DNA of 64,000 bases. Origin: Candidatus Poribacteria bacterium. Its GTDB lineage: Bacteria > Poribacteria > WGA-4E > WGA-3G. Of the stretch, positions 20,377 to 29,713 are shown piece by piece (position 1 is the stretch's first letter; the number at the start of each line of letters is the position of its first letter). The position numbers were made by a program, and so were the translations under genes. Below the pieces are notes generated by a model. It was not told the origin of the DNA, did no database searches, and saw nothing but the letters and a program-made list of their open reading frames with translations. The stretch lies in NCBI GenBank assembly GCA_965242965.1, contig OZ251518.1, positions 640,001 through 704,000 on the forward strand. Direction: 5' to 3'.

Positions 20377-21471
20377 ATGATCCGTCTCAATTTCCGCAAA
20401 CGCCTCGGCAATTTCACGCTAAGTCTTGATTGCACGCTCGCCCAAAAGGTTACGGCATTTCTCGGCGAATCCGGTAGCGGCAAAAGCACTCTCCTCAACT
20501 GCATCAGCGGCATTCTCACCCCGGACGAAGGCGAACTCGCCTTCGGCGATGAAGTGCTGGACGATGCGAAAGCACGTATCCATCAGCCGCCAGAGAAGCG
20601 CAGATTCGGATGCGTGTTCCAGGAGGGAAACCTGTTTCCGCATCTCACCGTTGAACAGAATATCCGTTATGGTGAACCGTCTCGGAAGCGCGAGGCGCGT
20701 TTAAAAAACGCGCCCACGGATCTGGGTAAAGTCATTGATACGCTTGAAATCGGGATGTTGCTGAAACGATACCCACACCAACTTTCAGGCGGCCAACGTC
20801 AACGCGTCGCGATTGCACGCGCCCTCGCGATGGAGCCGCGGCTGTTGCTCATGGACGAACCCCTTGCATCGCTGGACACCGGTTTAAAAAACCGCATCTT
20901 GCCCTACCTCCGCCACGTGAAAGAGGCGTTTGACGTGCCGATGCTCTATGTCACACACGCAATTTCAGAGGCCATGGCGATTGCTGACGAAGCATTCCTC
21001 CTCGCCGATGGAGAAATTACCGCCAGCGGCGAACCGCATCAACTGCTCACTGCGCCAGCCGCGCTCCCTATTGCGCAATTAACAGGCGTAGAAAATATGT
21101 TATCCTTACCGATTGCCTTTTCAGACAAAGCGAGTGGGATAACGGCATTGCAAATCGGGGGACAGCGGATTGTAGTGCCTTACGCAGACCAGGGGCAAGG
21201 CATGAGTCAAGACGTGCCGATTGCCATCCGTGCAGAAGACATTATTATCTCGCTGGAACCGAATCTCCCTATCAGCGCGCGCAACATTTTAAAAGGGATT
21301 ATTCGCGAAATTCGCCGAGTTGGCGATAGAACGCTTTTGACTATTGACGTTGAGGGACATCCGCTGTCCGTGAAAATCACGCACGATGCGCGCGAACAAC
21401 TTCAGTTGCGTGAGGGGATGTCATGTTATTGTGTTATCAAGGCGAATGCGATTAATCTTCTGTGGAATTGA
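20377..21471 (+). CDS. modC: molybdate ABC transporter ATP-binding protein
   Basis: GESGSGKS, LSGGQRQR, LLMDEP, C-terminal TOBE domain with SARN. Confidence 0.92.
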   Translation: MIRLNFRKRLGNFTLSLDCTLAQKVTAFLGESGSGKSTLLNCISGILTPDEGELAFGDEVLDDAKARIHQPPEKRRFGCVFQEGNLFPHLTVEQNIRYGEPSRKREARLKNAPTDLGKVIDTLEIGMLLKRYPHQLSGGQRQRVAIARALAMEPRLLLMDEPLASLDTGLKNRILPYLRHVKEAFDVPMLYVTHAISEAMAIADEAFLLADGEITASGEPHQLLTAPAALPIAQLTGVENMLSLPIAFSDKASGITALQIGGQRIVVPYADQGQGMSQDVPIAIRAEDIIISLEPNLPISARNILKGIIREIRRVGDRTLLTIDVEGHPLSVKITHDAREQLQLREGMSCYCVIKANAINLLWN

Positions 21472-21487
21472 GTGTTGAGATTGAGAA

Positions 21488-22123
21488 TGCATCGAGACTC
21501 CCTGGTCTCGATGTTCCCGTAGCGCGGGGGCCCTCGGAGGTTCCATACGCGCATCCGAGCGGGTTTCCCCCGCGCGCGCCATCGTCACGATGCTGTCTTA
21601 GGTCCTTTAGGACCTTAATGTCTATAGCAGCACGTGTCGTACCGTTTTCAAGGTCCTTTAGGTCCTTAATAAAAACACGCGCGGATCTGGCAAAAGCTAT
21701 TAAGGACCTAAAGGACCTTAGGGTGCGCTGCGATGCAGGATGCTATAGACATTAAGGTCTTACAGACCTTAGGCATGGCGAGGAACAGGCCCTCACCCTA
21801 CGGGTGAACGGGAACGATTTCTTAGTTGTTCCCGTAGCGCGGGGGCCTGTCCCCCGCGAGTTCCATCGTCCCGATGTGTGCTTCCCCTCTGTAGTTTGTG
21901 ATCGCCTGATCACAAACAGGTCAGGATCAGGCGATCCTGACCTACAGGGGGGGGATGCGATCTGACAGTAAGACGCATGGCGAGGGACAGGCCCTCGCCC
22001 TACGGTGCAAGCGGCAATCAAGCATGACGAGGGACAGGCCCTCGCCCTACGTGAAGGGGAGGCGTTTTTGCACCGGAGCAGGGGCCTGTCCCTGCGACGT
22101 TGAGCGAGTTATGAAACACTCTC
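21488..22123. repeat. mixed REP cluster (families A, B, D, F) ending in a right TIR at 22109-22123
   Basis: Multiple palindromes between convergent modC and coaE. Confidence 0.85.
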
Positions 22124-22126
22124 AAG

Positions 22127-22765
22127 TTACCCGTGAAGTCTGTCCCAAAATTCATCCACCTGTCTACGAAGTTCCTCCAGCGTCCCCTCATTTTCGATGA
22201 CAACGTCCGCGTAATTTATTTTTTCTGCCAGCGGCATTTGTGCATCGATGCGCGCTTCCACCTCGCTTTCAGTAAGCGTTCTGCCTTGCGCACGACTCCG
22301 TTCCAGCGTCCGGCGCAACTGCGTTTCCGATGAAGCAGTCACGACAACAATCAGATCGACGGTGTCATAAGCCCCTGCCTCAATCAGGAGTGGTGCGTCA
22401 AGCAAGACGACGGTACTCGGGTCTGCCGTAACAATCTGCCTTGCGCGCGCGCGGGAACGTTTGATAATCAACGGATGCAGAATGGCATTTAACCGCTCGC
22501 GCGCGGCTTTATCGGCAAAGACAATCGTGCCCAGTTTTTTTCGGCTGACATCGCCGGATACGTCAAGGATATCCTCTCCAAACGCTTTGACGAGTTCGTC
22601 GATAATAGGACTATCGGCTTTCAGGAGTTGATGTCCAATTTCGTCAGCATTAATAGGAATCGCGCCTTTTTCTGCGAGGAGTTCGGATACCGTGGTCTTC
22701 CCGCATGCGATGCCGCCCGTAATTCCGATGATGGTGCCGCGGTCGGCGGGTTTTTGTGTGTTCAT
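22127..22765 (-). CDS. coaE: dephospho-CoA kinase
   Basis: IGITGGIACGKTT, LNAILHP, DAPLLIE, RIDAQMP; the upstream ORF extension is REP-derived. Confidence 0.93.
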   Translation of the reverse strand: MNTQKPADRGTIIGITGGIACGKTTVSELLAEKGAIPINADEIGHQLLKADSPIIDELVKAFGEDILDVSGDVSRKKLGTIVFADKAARERLNAILHPLIIKRSRARARQIVTADPSTVVLLDAPLLIEAGAYDTVDLIVVVTASSETQLRRTLERSRAQGRTLTESEVEARIDAQMPLAEKINYADVVIENEGTLEELRRQVDEFWDRLHG

Positions 22766-22872
22766 GCTAAGGGGGTTTTCTCCTACCGTAGCGCGGGGGC
22801 CTGTCCCCCGCGATCGTTGCATGGCGAGGGGAACCCGCTCGCATGCGCGTGTGGCATGCGAGGGCCCAAGCC

Positions 22873-23838
22873 CTACGAATTGAGAGCGTCTTTCATCAAC
22901 GCATCATAATCGGCATTCACCAACTCAATTCCGTAAAACGCCAGCCGCTCCATGATTATCCGGATGGCAGGGAGGTTATTATCTACCAGAATCGATGAGC
23001 GTCCGTGCAATGCCGCCGCTTCGCCGAGGGTACCGCTACCGGCAAAGAAATCCAACAACGTGTCGCCCGGCGACGAATGCACCTTAACAATGCGATTTAA
23101 GATACCGAGCGGTTTCTGCGTCGGATACCCCGTCTTTTCACCGCTGCTTGTGCCGACGATGGTGTGCCACCAAACGTCTGTCGGCGTTTTGCCGCGCGCC
23201 GCCTTCTCCTTGCCGACGAGCCCCGGTGCCATATACGGAATCCTGTCCATCTCGTCAAAATTGAAGGTGTAATGCTTCGGGTTTTTGGCATACCACAAGA
23301 TGTTATCGTGCTTTGCGGGCCAGCGCGATTTCGGGCGGCCGCCGTAATCATAAGCCCAAATAATCTCGTTCATGAACCCCGCGCGCCCGAAGATTTCATC
23401 CAGCATCACCTTACAGTAATGCACTTCGCGATAATCGATATGCAGAAAAAAACTGCCGTGCGGATGCAACACCCGATATGCCTCTTCAAAACGCGGACGC
23501 AAAAACTGCAAGTAGGCATCGGAACTCTCGAATTTATCGGAATAATGAATTCGGGACAGGGATGTCCCTCCTACCGATTCATCGGAATTCTCGAATTTAT
23601 CTGAGTCATGAGGCCCGGACAGGGATGTCCCTCCTACCGGTTTAATGGTGCGGTAAGTCTTGCCTTGGAAACCGACTCTGTCGCCTTGCGCATCCTGAAA
23701 CACCTGAATTTCGTCGCGCTGTTGGATTTTGCCGGTGTTGAAAGGCGGATCGATGTAAACGGCATTAACGCTCTCATCTGCGACATGTTCCCGCAAGATC
23801 TTCAGGTTATCGCCGTAATAGAGTTGATGGGTAGACAT
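22873..23838 (-). CDS. orphan beta-class N6/N4 DNA methyltransferase with internal REP-containing duplication
   Basis: YIDPPF precedes DFFAGSGT; YPTQKP; ATG 23838 after AAGGAG. Confidence 0.9.
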   Translation of the reverse strand: MSTHQLYYGDNLKILREHVADESVNAVYIDPPFNTGKIQQRDEIQVFQDAQGDRVGFQGKTYRTIKPVGGTSLSGPHDSDKFENSDESVGGTSLSRIHYSDKFESSDAYLQFLRPRFEEAYRVLHPHGSFFLHIDYREVHYCKVMLDEIFGRAGFMNEIIWAYDYGGRPKSRWPAKHDNILWYAKNPKHYTFNFDEMDRIPYMAPGLVGKEKAARGKTPTDVWWHTIVGTSSGEKTGYPTQKPLGILNRIVKVHSSPGDTLLDFFAGSGTLGEAAALHGRSSILVDNNLPAIRIIMERLAFYGIELVNADYDALMKDALNS

Positions 23839-24065
23839 AGTTCTCCTTCTGTTTTGAGATACGTTCATTATACAGAAATTCCTATATTCATGCAAGCGCG
23901 GTGCCACGAAAAAAACGCTTGACATCATTATCCAATTTTTGTTACAATAATTAACGCGACGACATAGAGGAGAGTTACGCAAATGTAGGTTGCGCTGTTT
24001 GAAACCGCGCCTACGGAGCTCGATTTGCGTAAATTCCACGAAAAAAAATCAAAGGAGCATCAAAT

Positions 24066-25097
24066 ATGGCGCAAGAAATTATCAGAGTCGGCATCATTGG
24101 GGCCGGCGGGAATACCACCTCACGGCACATTCCAGGGTTACAAGCAATCGATGGCGTTGAAATTGTCGGAGTTTGCAATCGCAGTCAGGAATCTTCGCAG
24201 CGCGTGGCAGACAAGTTCGGCATTCCCAAAACATACCGAAATTGGCAGGATGCCATCGCCGATGCGGATACAAACGCGATTGTCATCGGCACCTGGCCCT
24301 ATATGCACTGCCGCGCGACGGTGGCGGCACTCGCCGCAGATAAACACGTCATGTGCGAGGCGCGGATGGCGATGAACGCCCGCGAAGCGTATACGATGCG
24401 CGATGTCGCACGCCAGAAAACAGCATGCATAGCGCAGATTGTCCCCTCGCCGATGACGCTGCGGGTGGACAACACGATAAAACGGCTCATTGCCGAAGGA
24501 TACCTCGGTGAAGTGCTTGCCGTTGATGTGCGCGCAGGCGGCGCATTCCTTGAACGCGAAGCACCGCTCACGTGGCGACAAGACTTTGACTTCAGCGGGC
24601 TCAACATCATGAGCATGGGCATCTGGTATGAGGCACTCATGCGCTGGGTAGGCGAAGCCACGCGGATTATGGCGATGGGCAAAACGTTCGTCAAAATGCG
24701 TCCCGATGCCGAGGGCACCATGCGCGCCGTGCGGATTCCGGAACATATTGATGTCATCGGAGAACTGGGATGCGGCGCGCAACTCCACGTCCAAGTCTCG
24801 AATATCGCCGGATTGGCGGGCGCGCCGGAAGTCTTTCTCTTTGGAAGTAACGGCACGTTGCGTTTTTCTGGGAACCGACTCTACGGTGGACAAAAAGGCG
24901 ATGCCGAACTCAGCGAGATTGACATCCCTGACGCAGAAGCAGGCGCGTGGCGCGTCGAAGAAGAATTTGTAAACGCCATCCGCGGCACCGAAATCATCAC
25001 GCACACCGATTTTGAGACCGGGGTGAAGTATATGGAATTCACGGAGGCTGTCACGCGGAGCATGCAGTGCGGCGCGGCGATTCCGTTACCGCTGTAA
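24066..25097 (+). CDS. Gfo/Idh/MocA family oxidoreductase
   Basis: VGIIGAGG, HVMCEARMA; RBS AAGGAG. Confidence 0.9.
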   Translation: MAQEIIRVGIIGAGGNTTSRHIPGLQAIDGVEIVGVCNRSQESSQRVADKFGIPKTYRNWQDAIADADTNAIVIGTWPYMHCRATVAALAADKHVMCEARMAMNAREAYTMRDVARQKTACIAQIVPSPMTLRVDNTIKRLIAEGYLGEVLAVDVRAGGAFLEREAPLTWRQDFDFSGLNIMSMGIWYEALMRWVGEATRIMAMGKTFVKMRPDAEGTMRAVRIPEHIDVIGELGCGAQLHVQVSNIAGLAGAPEVFLFGSNGTLRFSGNRLYGGQKGDAELSEIDIPDAEAGAWRVEEEFVNAIRGTEIITHTDFETGVKYMEFTEAVTRSMQCGAAIPLPL

Positions 25098-25108
25098 AAG
25101 GAGGAACA

Positions 25109-25681
25109 TTGACACTAGGAAAACTCTTTAACCTTTGCCAAGACATTGAACTCCGGCAAGCCAAACTGTACGCCTCCCTCTCGTTACTTTTGGGAGGAGT
25201 TGATGAACGAATCGCGCGATTTTGGGAACGGATGAGCACCGAAGAGTGGCAACACTACATCCTCGTCGATTTCGGACGTTCCTTATGCGCTGAGACTTTC
25301 GGCACCGATTTGCAGGTGATGGAACTGCCGGATGTAGCGCGCCGATTGCCAGCGAATATCGGGAAGACAATCCAGCAGATTACCGAGGCGTTGGATGTGC
25401 ATGAGCGGAAGGTGAATAGCGGACAGATCACGCTGGACGAGGCGTTCGCTATTGCCGTCGCTATTGAAGGGAGCGAGGCGGATACCCTCTATATGTATCT
25501 GCTCGCCATCATCAGAAAGGCGATTCATCAGAGTGACCAGCCGTATTTGATGAGCCGTGTCGTGCAGGTTGAAAAAGACATGGTATCGCATGTAGACGGC
25601 CTCGTGCAGGCGACGCAGCGGTTCTCGAAAGATGCTAGTCTGATCCGTAGGGCGCATCGGCTCAAAGCGCATCATAACTAA
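25109..25681 (+). CDS. ferritin/rubrerythrin-like four-helix protein
   Basis: IELRQAKLY, EEWQH (ExxH), AVAIEGSE, EKDMVSH; TTG start after AGGAGG. Confidence 0.65.
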   Translation: MTLGKLFNLCQDIELRQAKLYASLSLLLGGVDERIARFWERMSTEEWQHYILVDFGRSLCAETFGTDLQVMELPDVARRLPANIGKTIQQITEALDVHERKVNSGQITLDEAFAIAVAIEGSEADTLYMYLLAIIRKAIHQSDQPYLMSRVVQVEKDMVSHVDGLVQATQRFSKDASLIRRAHRLKAHHN

Positions 25682-25686
25682 GGGGG

Positions 25687-25906
25687 GTAGACGTAGGCGA
25701 GACCTCCTGGTCTCGATGTCCCCGTAGCGCGGGGGCCTGTCCCCCGCGAGCGTTGCGAGAAATGCGGCTGACACCGTAGCGCGGGGGCCTGTCCCCCGCG
25801 ATCGTTGCATGGCGAGGGACAGGCCCCCGCCCTACGTTGAAGAGGCCGTTTTTTCCGTGGCGCGGGGGCTGTCACCGCGCCGTTGAACAAGTTATGAAAC
25901 ACCCTC
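25687..25906. repeat. REP cluster ending in right TIR (25892-25906)
   Basis: Family B and A palindromes, then TTATGAAACACCCTC. Confidence 0.85.
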
Positions 25907-25912
25907 CGATAA

Positions 25913-26116
25913 GAAGGCATTTGAGCAGGCGATTTCTCTATTTCTTCTCCGATTTGCGTTGCCTTTGAGGACAAGGTTTTGGCGGAAGCAAATTCATGCC
26001 ATCGCAAGACCTGGCAGGTCCCTCAAAAACGTAGAAACCGACAACGCCGATTTCGGAGAGATGGAGAGACATGATTGCACAGCAACCGTTATCAAACGCC
26101 TTGCGAACGACGAAAA
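25913..26116. repeat. degenerate long inverted-repeat element, related to 31626-31990
   Basis: 26028-26116 aligns with 31899-31990 (AACGTAGA..CGACAACG..GGAGAGA..TTATC.AACGCCTTGCGAAC.ACGAAAA); partial inverted partner at 25913-25963. Confidence 0.6.
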
Positions 26117-26223
26117 AATCGTTCTGCATCGGACATTTTTTGTTGCGAAATGTTAGGGGTTGTGGTATTCTATCTGAAGGCGTTAGGTGCCTCAAACGTA
26201 ACTCACACCACGAGGGAATTCAG

Positions 26224-26517
26224 ATGAACACACCCACCGAAGTTGAAGTCCGTTTCACGCTCGCGATTTCCGAAGGTATCCTGCGACACAAAGGGGCTGC
26301 GGAGCAGAAAGCAAAGACAGCGTATGTGCTGGAACTGCTCCGACAGGGCGACATTAGCGCGGGCCGCGCCGCGACCCTGCTCAGCATTTCGCGATGGGAA
26401 CTCTCCGACTTGATGTCTGAATCAGGCATCTCCCCTTTTGATGACAGTCTCACCGCCGAAACGCTCGCTTCGGAAGTGGAGACAGCCTTGGAAGTGTTGG
26501 ATGGCCGGAAACGATGA
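26224..26517 (+). CDS. UPF0175 family protein (putative antitoxin, HTH)
   Basis: LLRQGDISAGRAATLLSISRWEL; ATGA overlap with the next gene. Confidence 0.85.
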   Translation: MNTPTEVEVRFTLAISEGILRHKGAAEQKAKTAYVLELLRQGDISAGRAATLLSISRWELSDLMSESGISPFDDSLTAETLASEVETALEVLDGRKR

Positions 26518-27014
26518 TTGTTTCAAACAGCACTCCATTGATTGAACTCTCGAAAATTCGGCGATTGGAATTGCTGCGGGATGTCTATGGCTCTCTCGTC
26601 ATTCCAAAGGCGGTTTATACCGAAGTCGTCATTAATGGGGAAGGAAAACCGGGTGCCGCCGAAGTCAAAGAGGCACCGTGGATTTACCCACACGCCGTGA
26701 CACATCGCAGTAAGGTTCAAAGCCTTTACGCCCGTCCCTCACTAGATTTAGGCGAATGTGAGGCGATAGTGCTAGCTGAAGAAATATCTGCAGCCCAGGT
26801 GATTCTCGATGACCGCGTTGCGCGGGAAGTCGCCGTATCTCGGGGGCTGCCTGTGATTGGCACGTTCGGCGTGTTGCTTGTCGCCAAAGCCGAAGGTATC
26901 ATTCCCACCGTGGAACCGATACTCACTGCGCTTCGGGCGCACGGGACACGCATCAGCCAACCCCTCTATCGTCTGATTCTTACTGCCGCCGGAGAATCAG
27001 ACGACGCGGCGTGA
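26514..27014 (+). CDS. DUF3368 family PIN-domain protein (putative toxin)
   Basis: IVSNSTPLI, IPKAVYTEV, LDLGECEAIVLA, ILDDRVAR, IGTFGVLL. Confidence 0.88.
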   Translation: MIVSNSTPLIELSKIRRLELLRDVYGSLVIPKAVYTEVVINGEGKPGAAEVKEAPWIYPHAVTHRSKVQSLYARPSLDLGECEAIVLAEEISAAQVILDDRVAREVAVSRGLPVIGTFGVLLVAKAEGIIPTVEPILTALRAHGTRISQPLYRLILTAAGESDDAA

Positions 27015-27147
27015 TTCGCTCCTGTTGCAGAACTGCAGAGAGGTGATGTTGCACGTTTGCATGCAAAGTCCCCGGCGATGCGAAAGAAAGGAAGCGGCTC
27101 GCCGGCAACAGTGTCGGCGAGCCGCTTTTGTTGGACAGCTTTTACGC

Positions 27148-28737
27148 CTACCGCCGTGGGTAGAACACATCGCGGTCGCGGGCAAAAAACCGCCAATCTA
27201 ACGACAGGCACCATTGCAAGAACGCCTCTGCGATGGGTGTCGTCGCGTCTGTGCCGAACCACACCTCGGCCAATTCCCGTGCTGTGAACGGCCGCGTGTA
27301 CCCGATTTGAAGGAGAAGGGCAGCCAACTCCGCCAGAATCCTGTCATTGGCGAGATGTCTCCCGCGTGAAATCCCGGGGTGGTTCCTGACAGGATACGCA
27401 CGGCCATTTTCGGGGCGTGTCACACCCACGTTTGGAACCGCGCTGCGCACGGATGCGGCTAACGCTTCTCGCGCCGCATCATCCCCGTGGACTAGAAACA
27501 ACTTGCCGGGTTGCACTTGCTGAACCAACCTCGTCAGTTCCTGGTTGTCCGCGTGTGCAGAGAGTGAGTAAGATGTCACTTTGCACGCAACGTTCACGGA
27601 CGTTCCATCGTCCAATGTCCACACCCGTTCTCGTGCCAGTGCGCGGCCAGGAGTCCCTTCTGCCTGATAGCCCGTGATTGCAATCAGGTTTTTCGCATCT
27701 TGGACGAGGTGTTCGGCATAATAACTCGACATGCCGCCTACCAGCATCCCAGACGATGCTACGATGCAACACGGCTCTCCCGACAGAACCCTATCGCTTT
27801 CTTCACGTGAGGAGACCTGTTGTATCTTCTCCGAATAAAAGAGATCTTCACCGCGTTCAACGTTGCGGCGCAGGGACGACGTGAGTTCAGCGGAAAAGTC
27901 CGAGTACACCTGATTGACTTTCCGCACCATCCCATCAACATATACGGGGAACTCCGGCACCCGGTTGCGCTGCATCGCGCGCTTTAAAACGAGAAGGACT
28001 TCTTGGGAACGCCCTACGGCAAAGGTAGGAATAAGCACTTTGCCGCCCTTGGCAATCGTTTCGGCTACATCCTGCGCGAGCGCGCGTTCTTGCGCCTCGC
28101 GCGTCTCGTGCCGGCGGTTGCCATAGGTTGACTCCATCACCATCACATCAGGTTTGCACCACGTTGGCACATTGAGGTTGGGCAACGTCCGCTGATTGGC
28201 AACGGATACATCGCCTGTCATCAAGAGGCTTTCTTGCTTTCCCTCAATGTAAATCATCGCCGCACCAAGAATGTGACCGGCGGGAATCCATGTCGCCCTC
28301 AAGGCACCGCCACAAATCGGGACGGGTAGTAGCCAGGGCACATCTGTCACCATGCGTTCCAGGGCCGCGGGTACCGCTTCGGGAGGATACAGGGGTTCCG
28401 GGCTCTGCTGTTTTCCGCCGCGACGTTGCCGTTTCACAGCATCTTCCAGCAAGACGCGTGTAATCGCTTTTGTTGCCGGTGTGCAATACGTAGGCACCCC
28501 GGCAGGCAGCATGCACTCCAATGCTGGCAACGCGCCCGTGTGATCGGTGTGTGCGTGCGTCAGGAGAACTGCATCCGGCATGCCAAGCCCCTCTAACGCT
28601 GTCAAATCGGGCAACGGTGAAATCCGACCGGGGCCCATCCGGATACCTACATCCACGAGGATGTGAGTGCCTTCAATTTCAATTGACGTGCTGGAGGCAC
28701 CAACTTCGTTGGCACCACCGCAAAAAGTCATCATCAT
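27148..28737 (-). CDS. metallo-beta-lactamase/beta-CASP ribonuclease (CPSF73-like)
   Basis: THAHTDH, AGHILGA, TGD, ESTYG, FAVGRSQE, SSGML, GYQAEGTPGR, SAHAD, LVHGD. Confidence 0.92.
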   Translation of the reverse strand: MMMTFCGGANEVGASSTSIEIEGTHILVDVGIRMGPGRISPLPDLTALEGLGMPDAVLLTHAHTDHTGALPALECMLPAGVPTYCTPATKAITRVLLEDAVKRQRRGGKQQSPEPLYPPEAVPAALERMVTDVPWLLPVPICGGALRATWIPAGHILGAAMIYIEGKQESLLMTGDVSVANQRTLPNLNVPTWCKPDVMVMESTYGNRRHETREAQERALAQDVAETIAKGGKVLIPTFAVGRSQEVLLVLKRAMQRNRVPEFPVYVDGMVRKVNQVYSDFSAELTSSLRRNVERGEDLFYSEKIQQVSSREESDRVLSGEPCCIVASSGMLVGGMSSYYAEHLVQDAKNLIAITGYQAEGTPGRALARERVWTLDDGTSVNVACKVTSYSLSAHADNQELTRLVQQVQPGKLFLVHGDDAAREALAASVRSAVPNVGVTRPENGRAYPVRNHPGISRGRHLANDRILAELAALLLQIGYTRPFTARELAEVWFGTDATTPIAEAFLQWCLSLDWRFFARDRDVFYPRR

Positions 28738-28914
28738 TATGGTTTCCTCTCACGATTGACAACAGAACTCTCTTCTGTGTCGGATACGGATGTGCGCAAT
28801 CCCAAAGGAATCCGCGTGAGGCTATTGAGCCTCCAAGCGTTCAGCGCATCCACTCATAACAATAGCGGTAGGTATTACGCCGATAAAACCTACCGACGCA
28901 ATACCTAGCACCTT

Positions 28915-29076
28915 TTATTTACCCTTTCCGCCTTTGGCAGGGGCGTTAGTTCTTCCGCCACCAGAGGGCTTGCCGGTTTTGCTCGGCCAGCCGCCGGCTC
29001 CTCTGCCTCGGCCGCCTTTACCGCCGCTTTGGTGACTACTTCTCCCTCCACCGCGGTTACTTTGTGATTTCGCCAT
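28915..29076 (-). CDS. 53-aa Gly/Arg/Lys-rich peptide
   Basis: Strong RBS AAGGAGGTGA; MAKSQSNRGGGRSSHQSGGKGGRGRGAGGWPSKTGKPSGGGRTNAPAKGGKGK. Confidence 0.75.
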   Translation of the reverse strand: MAKSQSNRGGGRSSHQSGGKGGRGRGAGGWPSKTGKPSGGGRTNAPAKGGKGK

Positions 29077-29089
29077 TTTTATCACCTCC

Positions 29090-29600
29090 TTCCTTGTAGG
29101 AATTCCTCGCCTCACCGGACCACAACGCTCTCCGATAGAAGCGATTGAACTGATGTTACCTGCGAAAGAACGCGTCATGGAAACCCGATGCCCGAAGGAT
29201 ACTGGGTACCACCCGCGATCTACGAAAGGCGACGCACCCGCAAATAAAATGTCGCGAGGTGTTTACTGTTACGCCCACAGAAAACGTGCGCGTGGAAACC
29301 CCTGCTAAAGCACGCTACCTTTCTTATATTGTTACCTATCCCTAGCAAAAACAAACCTTGAAACTTCGGCTTTGCAAGTGAAGTGCTCCATTTTACGGCA
29401 GCAGCAAAACTATATCCCATGAACATCCGATTGCCTCGGATACCAACCGTTAGGAGTCCCAACGCGGGAAACGTCAGGACCGGAAGAGCGGCAGACTGCC
29501 TCAAAGCAACGCAGTTGGTTTTTTTTGCACCACGGAGTAGGGTTTCTCAACGCTTTGTCTTCAGACTTTGTGAGAATTCCCTCTTCCAGAGTTGCATTGA
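29090..29600 (-). ncRNA. candidate structured ncRNA or long 5' leader (strand not certain)
   Basis: ~520 nt with no convincing CDS between a consensus promoter and the peptide RBS; several hairpins. Confidence 0.35.
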
Positions 29601-29605
29601 TACTA

Positions 29606-29634
29606 ATTATATCACAAAAAATGGCAAATGTCAA
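29606..29634 (-). promoter_or_regulatory. consensus sigma70 promoter with extended -10
   Basis: TTGACA-17 bp-TATAAT, with TG one base upstream of the -10. Confidence 0.8.
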
Positions 29635-29643
29635 ATTAAAATG

Positions 29644-29685
29644 AAAAAAAGTCGCCGCGGTTTGTATCGGTTACGCCGATACAAA
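29644..29685 (-). terminator. probable intrinsic terminator after the 585-aa gene
   Basis: 10-bp stem TTTGTATCGG/CCGATACAAA followed, 10 nt later, by T7 on the minus strand. Confidence 0.45.
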
Positions 29686-29713
29686 AGTGAAAGCGTCGGC
29701 CGGTGTCAACTTT

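Noticed and set aside
29090-29600. Known large RNAs (tmRNA, RNase P RNA, group II intron)
   Set aside because: I could not find tRNA-like ends, the GAGGAAAGUCC motif or a domain V motif on either strand; kept only as an unknown candidate
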